A stretch of DNA of 64,000 bases from Eubacteriales bacterium (GTDB lineage Bacteria > Bacillota > Clostridia > Oscillospirales > CAG-272). This document shows, in pieces, positions 59,083 through 64,000 of this stretch. A program made the translations under genes and the position numbers. The stretch covers positions 25,263 to 89,262 of the forward strand of contig JAZOLZ010000037.1 of assembly GCA_045653505.1 (NCBI GenBank), read 5' to 3'. The notes beneath the pieces are model-generated. The model ran no database searches. It saw nothing but the letters and a program-made list of their open reading frames with translations, and was not told the DNA's origin. How positions within the stretch are numbered: position 1 is the stretch's first letter; every line of letters begins with the position of its first letter.

Positions 59083-59120
59083 GAAAAAGAGCCACGCTTT
59101 GCAGCGTGGCTCTAATTTTT
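59083..59120. terminator. Bidirectional terminator
   Basis: AGAGCCACGCT-TTGC-AGCGTGGCTCT with A and T runs on the flanks. Confidence 0.85.
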
Positions 59121-59130
59121 TAATTATGCT

Positions 59131-61809
59131 TTATTTTGCCTTTTTAGCATTTATTCTTGCTTCTACGAACTTCCAGATCTCCATTACAACGAAGGGAGCA
59201 AGAGCGAGAGCTGCAGCCACAAGATACTTCCACCAGTCAAGATATACAAGGTTGAATGCGCCCTGTACACCGGGAACAAATACTACGAACATTACAAGCA
59301 AAGCAGATGCTATACAAGCAAGGTTGAGGTTTTTGTTACCGAAGAAGCCGATCTTAAAGAGTGAGTGCTCAGAACGCATATTGAAGCTCTGCACAAGCTG
59401 AAGAAGTGCAAGAACCATAAATGCCAGCGTCTGACCCTGTGATGCGATCTGTGCGGTTTCAGGTGTGCCCCAAGCTGCAGTAAACATATCTGCAAATGAA
59501 AGACCTGTACCGATCCAGAATGCGAGGATCGAAATAAGACCGAACATAAGACCCTGTACAACTACCTTATAGCCAAGACCGTTTGCAAAGATGCCCTCAT
59601 CCTTAGGCTTGGGCTTTTGCTGCATAACGTCACTTTCAACTGCCTCCATACCGAGCGCAATAGCGGGAAGAGAGTCTGTTACAAGGTTGATCCAGAGAAG
59701 CTGCATTGATTCAAGAGGAGAAATACCCCAAAGAATTGTAGCAAGGAATACGGTTATGATCTCACCTACGTTTGTACCAAGAAGGAAGCCAACAACCTTT
59801 TTGATGTTAGCATAAATGCCTCTACCCTCTTTAACCGCATCAACAATTGTAGCAAAGTTGTCATCGGTAAGAGTCATATCAGCCGCGCCCTTAGCAACGT
59901 CTGTACCTGTAATACCCATAGCGCATCCGATATCAGCCGCCTTAAGAGCGGGAGCATCGTTAACACCGTCACCGGTCATAGAAACTACCTGACCCTTGCG
60001 CTGCCATGCCTTAACGATACGGATCTTGTTCTCGGGAGATACACGCGCGTAAACTGAAATTGTGGGAAGAACAGCATCAAGTTCTTCATCGCTCATAGCA
60101 TCAAGTTCTACACCCATTACAGACTTGTCACCCTCAACGAAGATGCCAAGCTCCTTAGCAATAGCGGTAGCGGTAACAACGTGGTCACCTGTGATCATAA
60201 TGGGCTTAATGCCTGCCTCACGGCAAACTGCAACTGCTGCCTTTGCCTCAGGACGGGGCGGGTCTATCATACCTACAAGGCCTAAGAAGGTAAGGCCGTT
60301 TTCGAGTGTCTCGGAGGTGATCTCAGCAGGGAGTTCGTCAATCTCCTTGTATGCAACCGCAAGAACACGAAGAGCGTCAGAGCTCATCTGCTCGTTCTTA
60401 GCCTTTGCTACTACGAAGTCACCGCATACACAGCGGCTCTCCATCATATCAACTGCACCCTTAACAATAACGATCTTCTTGCCGTCGATAACGTTAACCG
60501 TACTCATAAGCTTACGCTCGGAGTCGAAGGGGAGTTCTGCAATACGGGGATACTTATTATTAAGATCTTCCTTGGTCATACCGTTTTTGTATGCCGCAAC
60601 AACGATCGCTGTCTCTGTGGGGTCACCGATGTGTGTTTCCTTACCGTCCTCGGCAAAGGTTACAGAACCGTCACAGCAAAGGGTTGACCATGCAAGAAGC
60701 TGCTTTGCTTTATCTGTGTTTTCGTTACTTACTGTCTCAAGGTCCTCATCGCCTGCTACGTATACCTTAGTAAGGGTCATACGGTTCATAGTGAGCGTAC
60801 CTGTCTTATCCGAACAGATAACAGATGCACTACCAAGTGTCTCAACTGCAGGGAGTTTTCTTATAATCGCGTTCTTCTTTACCATTCTCTGTACGCCGAT
60901 GGAAAGCACGATAGTAACTATCGCAGGCAGACCCTCAGGGATAGCAGAAACTGCAAGGGATACCGCAATCATAAACATATGAAGGATATTGTGGTCATGG
61001 CCGAAAAGACCTACTACGAATACTATTGCACAAGCTGCAAGAGCTACTATACCGAGAATCTGACCGAGTTTTGCAAGCTTTTGCTGAAGAGGTGTATCAC
61101 CCTCCTCCTCACCTGCAAGAAGGTTAGCAATCTTACCCATCTCGGTGTCCATACCGGTGCCTGTAACAACTGCAAGCGCAGTACCGTAGGTTATTGTACA
61201 GCCGGAGAATACCATGTTGTGTCTGTCACCAACGGTTGCATCCTCTTTTACCTCTGCAAAAGCGTCCTTTTCACTGGGAACGGACTCACCTGTAAGAGCA
61301 GATTCCTCACTCTTAAGGGATACGCTCTTAAGAAGTCTTGCGTCAGCAGGAACAAAATCGCCTGCCTCAAGAAGGATAATATCGCCGGGAACAAGATCAG
61401 AGGCGTTAATGATCTTTTCCTCGCCGTCTCTTATAACTCTTGCGTGAGGAGCAGACATGTTTTTAAGCGCATCAAGCGCCTTCTCTGCCTTGCTCTCCTG
61501 TACTACGCCCATAATCGCGTTAAGTACAACGATAAGAAGTATAAGACCGGGCTCGAAAAGCTCGCCCCAATTCTGCTCATAGCAAATAACCACTGTGGAA
61601 ATTGCCGCAGCAATAAGAAGAATAATGATCATAACGTCCTTGAACTGCTCCAAGAAGCGCTCAAACATTGTCTTTTTCTTCTTTTCTTTGAGTTTGTTTT
61701 CACCGTATTTTTCGGTGCGCGCCGCTACCTCAGCACTGCTAAGACCCTTGACTTTGTCGGTTTCAAGTGCTTTGAGAACGTTTTCGGCGCTGTCGCTGTA
61801 AAAGTTCAT
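59131..61809 (-). CDS. P2A-type cation (Ca2+-like) transporting ATPase
   Basis: TGES, IPEGL, CSDKTGTLT, KGA, GDGVND, LWINLVTD. Confidence 0.92.
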   Translation of the reverse strand: MNFYSDSAENVLKALETDKVKGLSSAEVAARTEKYGENKLKEKKKKTMFERFLEQFKDVMIIILLIAAAISTVVICYEQNWGELFEPGLILLIVVLNAIMGVVQESKAEKALDALKNMSAPHARVIRDGEEKIINASDLVPGDIILLEAGDFVPADARLLKSVSLKSEESALTGESVPSEKDAFAEVKEDATVGDRHNMVFSGCTITYGTALAVVTGTGMDTEMGKIANLLAGEEEGDTPLQQKLAKLGQILGIVALAACAIVFVVGLFGHDHNILHMFMIAVSLAVSAIPEGLPAIVTIVLSIGVQRMVKKNAIIRKLPAVETLGSASVICSDKTGTLTMNRMTLTKVYVAGDEDLETVSNENTDKAKQLLAWSTLCCDGSVTFAEDGKETHIGDPTETAIVVAAYKNGMTKEDLNNKYPRIAELPFDSERKLMSTVNVIDGKKIVIVKGAVDMMESRCVCGDFVVAKAKNEQMSSDALRVLAVAYKEIDELPAEITSETLENGLTFLGLVGMIDPPRPEAKAAVAVCREAGIKPIMITGDHVVTATAIAKELGIFVEGDKSVMGVELDAMSDEELDAVLPTISVYARVSPENKIRIVKAWQRKGQVVSMTGDGVNDAPALKAADIGCAMGITGTDVAKGAADMTLTDDNFATIVDAVKEGRGIYANIKKVVGFLLGTNVGEIITVFLATILWGISPLESMQLLWINLVTDSLPAIALGMEAVESDVMQQKPKPKDEGIFANGLGYKVVVQGLMFGLISILAFWIGTGLSFADMFTAAWGTPETAQIASQGQTLAFMVLALLQLVQSFNMRSEHSLFKIGFFGNKNLNLACIASALLVMFVVFVPGVQGAFNLVYLDWWKYLVAAALALAPFVVMEIWKFVEARINAKKAK

Positions 61810-61980
61810 CTTTTTCTCCTTTTGAATTTATATTTATTTTTTGCGATTTTTGCGAAAATAATACCCCGAGTGTGGTTTTTAAGCATCGCTCAGGGTTAAA
61901 CAACACGGGAATAACTCGAGTGGGTATTATAAAATTACCTTAGTAAGTTGATCCTTTGTTAACAATTAAATATCAAGGTT

Positions 61981-62009
61981 ATTTTAGCACTTTATATTTT
62001 ATCTGTCAA
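61981..62009 (-). promoter_or_regulatory. SigA promoter of the P-type ATPase
   Basis: TTGACA-17 nt-TAAAAT with TG extension. Confidence 0.75.
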
Positions 62010-62182
62010 GAGTTTTAATAAAATTATCTATTGCGCGTGCGCGCGTGCGCAAGTAAAATTCAAAAAAAAGAAAAAACAACATTTTCAAAAGTGAACACAA
62101 TACTAAAAGCGAATTGTTCCAAAAACAACAATAGAATCGCTGAAAAGGTCAACTTTATTTTACATTTTTCGATAAAACAATA

Positions 62183-62237
62183 AAAAAACACCGATATTAC
62201 TGCAGTGAGTATAATTACTGCTTTATCGGTGTTTTTT
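62183..62237 (-). terminator. Terminator after fakA
   Basis: AAAAAACACCGATA...TATCGGTGTTTTTT. Confidence 0.75.
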
Positions 62238-62252
62238 GTTATTGTTACGTTT

Positions 62253-64000
62253 TTATTCTGCTACGCAAATGTAGGAATATATGTCTTGACCGCCCTCGGA
62301 GAAATACAGCTCTTTATCAGGATACGTCTCTCTTATATAGGCCTCAAGCGCCTCTGTTTCCTCTGCTATAGCGTCCTTACCTACGAATACGGTAAGCATA
62401 AACTTACCCTCTTCTGAGAGCATTTTTGTGACAAGCGCCCTTGCCGCATCCATCCTCTCCTTCTCTGAAACAACTATTTCCTTTTCAATAATACCTATGG
62501 TATCGCCGTTGTTTATATGGATACCGTTTATCTCGGCATCTCTTATAGAGGGTGAAAGATAGCCTGTTTTTACGTTAGCCATAACCTCGCTCATACCGTC
62601 AAGCACAGCATCAACGTCAGGATTGTCAAAATCAAGACTGCTGAGCGCTACGTAGCCTGTACCCATAAACTTTGATGGTACGATATGCACCTTTGCCTCA
62701 GTATAAAGTTCTGCTGCCTGTGTGGAGGCCATAAATATGTTTGAGTTATTAGGGAATACAAAGATATGCTCTGCGTTTATCTTACCAAACGCCTCAATAA
62801 AGTCCTGTGTTGAGGGGTTGTGGGTCTGACCGCCCTCAATAACTATATCAGTACCGAGATCCTTGTAAAGGGATACAAGGCCCTCACCGTTTGCAACGGC
62901 AACTACACCGTATCTCTTTTTTGGCTCATCCTTTTTATCTTCACTTTTTACCTCGGGGACGGCAAATGCTGAGGGAGTTGACTGCTCTGCCGCGCCCTTG
63001 GGCTCATCGGCGCTCTCGGTATGCTGCAGCGACATATTCTCAATCTTGACAGTGAGAAATTCACCGAAGTTTAAACAATGCGAAAGCACTGCGCCGGGGT
63101 TAAAGGTATGCACGTGTACCTTAACTATAGAATCGTTTTTGAAGGCAACTATAGAGTCACCCGCACCCTTAAGATAGTCTTTAAGTGCCTCAATGTCAAA
63201 TTCATCTATCTTGCACTTTGCATGAGTGAGTTGAAGTAAAAACTCTGTGCAGTAGCCGTATTCCATAACGCTATCGGCCGTAAAGGTACCCTGATGAGCG
63301 GGTGCGCCTGCGGGCTTTTTAGCACTTACCTTAGCGCCTGCGATCTTTTCGCCGTTAAGGGCACGGTTGAAGCCGTCCATAATGTAGAAAAGACCTGCTC
63401 CGCCGCTGTCTACAACGCCTGCCTCCTTAAGAACTGCAAGTATCTCGGGAGTACGGTCAACCGATGCGTGCATCTCATCAACAAGGTCTGCAAAGAAGGT
63501 GTTGATGGTGCTCTTGGGCGTAATTCTCTTTACCGCATATTCAACTGCCTCTCTGGCAACGGTAAGAATAGTACCCTCTGTAGGTGTCATAACCGAGGAA
63601 TATGCCTGCTTTACGCCTAGTTCAAGAGCCTTACCAAGCGTCTCGGGGTCTGCCTTTTTATTCGACTCAAGACCCTTTGATATTCCTGCAAAGAACTGAG
63701 AAAGGATAACACCTGAGTTACCTCTTGCGCCAAGGAGCATACCGTGAGAGAGCGCATTGGTAACCTTTGCAAGGTCGTTTGATTCAATGGCCTCCATCTC
63801 CTCAATACCGCTCTCGATAGTCATACGCATATTATCACCCGTATCACCGTCGGGAACAGGGAAAACGTTAAGTCTGTTTACCTCATCAGCCTTGTCACTG
63901 AGTTGATTTGAACCACCGATAGCCATCTTTTTAAAGAACCAACCGCTAAGGAACTTAAGACCGCCCTTTTCGCCGTCCTTTTTGTCCTTTTGCTTTGCAC
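62253..64000 (-). CDS. fakA: DAK2-domain fatty acid kinase subunit A; 5' end outside window
   Basis: LNVFPVPDGDTG, GARGNSGVILSQ, GVVDSGG, YGYCTE, VHVHT, GGQ; frame stays open to base 64000. Confidence 0.9.
   Translation of the reverse strand, partial: AKQKDKKDGEKGGLKFLSGWFFKKMAIGGSNQLSDKADEVNRLNVFPVPDGDTGDNMRMTIESGIEEMEAIESNDLAKVTNALSHGMLLGARGNSGVILSQFFAGISKGLESNKKADPETLGKALELGVKQAYSSVMTPTEGTILTVAREAVEYAVKRITPKSTINTFFADLVDEMHASVDRTPEILAVLKEAGVVDSGGAGLFYIMDGFNRALNGEKIAGAKVSAKKPAGAPAHQGTFTADSVMEYGYCTEFLLQLTHAKCKIDEFDIEALKDYLKGAGDSIVAFKNDSIVKVHVHTFNPGAVLSHCLNFGEFLTVKIENMSLQHTESADEPKGAAEQSTPSAFAVPEVKSEDKKDEPKKRYGVVAVANGEGLVSLYKDLGTDIVIEGGQTHNPSTQDFIEAFGKINAEHIFVFPNNSNIFMASTQAAELYTEAKVHIVPSKFMGTGYVALSSLDFDNPDVDAVLDGMSEVMANVKTGYLSPSIRDAEINGIHINNGDTIGIIEKEIVVSEKERMDAARALVTKMLSEEGKFMLTVFVGKDAIAEETEALEAYIRETYPDKELYFSEGGQDIYSYICVAE

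Noticed and set aside
60062-61899. Two 306-aa + strand ORFs
   Set aside because: Antisense to the P-type ATPase, with composition typical of shadow frames.
1-64000. CRISPR arrays, tRNA/rRNA, T-box before leuS, prophage, transposase or defence genes
   Set aside because: No spaced direct repeats, cloverleafs, T-box motif or such proteins were seen; intergenic gaps are short and mostly explained.

Overview
Core-genome window of a Firmicute, most likely a spore-forming Clostridia/Oscillospirales-type organism (polC, infC-rpmI-rplT with an L20 leader, gerW/dacB-like sporulation genes). It holds about 57 genes in housekeeping operons: leuS-rsfS-LCP-yqeK-nadD-yhbY-ftsY-smc-rSAM-rnc-plsX-trmFO-topA-dprA-trmH; lon-engB-S2P-scpAB-gerW-dacB-rluB; polC-ispG-rseP-dxr-cdsA-uppS-frr-pyrH; split transketolase; a heterodimeric ABC exporter; CNNM-lgt-lipoprotein; a P-type ATPase; and fakA, cut by the window end. 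I found no rRNA, tRNA, CRISPR array, prophage or transposase. The most interesting signals are four. (1) An unannotated 41-codon acidic leader ORF runs through an intrinsic terminator ahead of a CNNM/CorC Mg2+-transport gene, a candidate Mg2+-sensing leader-peptide attenuator. (2) A 280-bp structured element with terminal inverted repeats and mutually exclusive pairings abuts the lon RBS. (3) TopA has two of the three acidic TOPRIM residues replaced (DxDxE -> GxDxV). (4) A self-contained operon of two unknown membrane proteins plus a PM20D1-like amidohydrolase may be an undescribed transporter/hydrolase system. All calls come from motif recognition and hand pairing; no database search or folding program was run.
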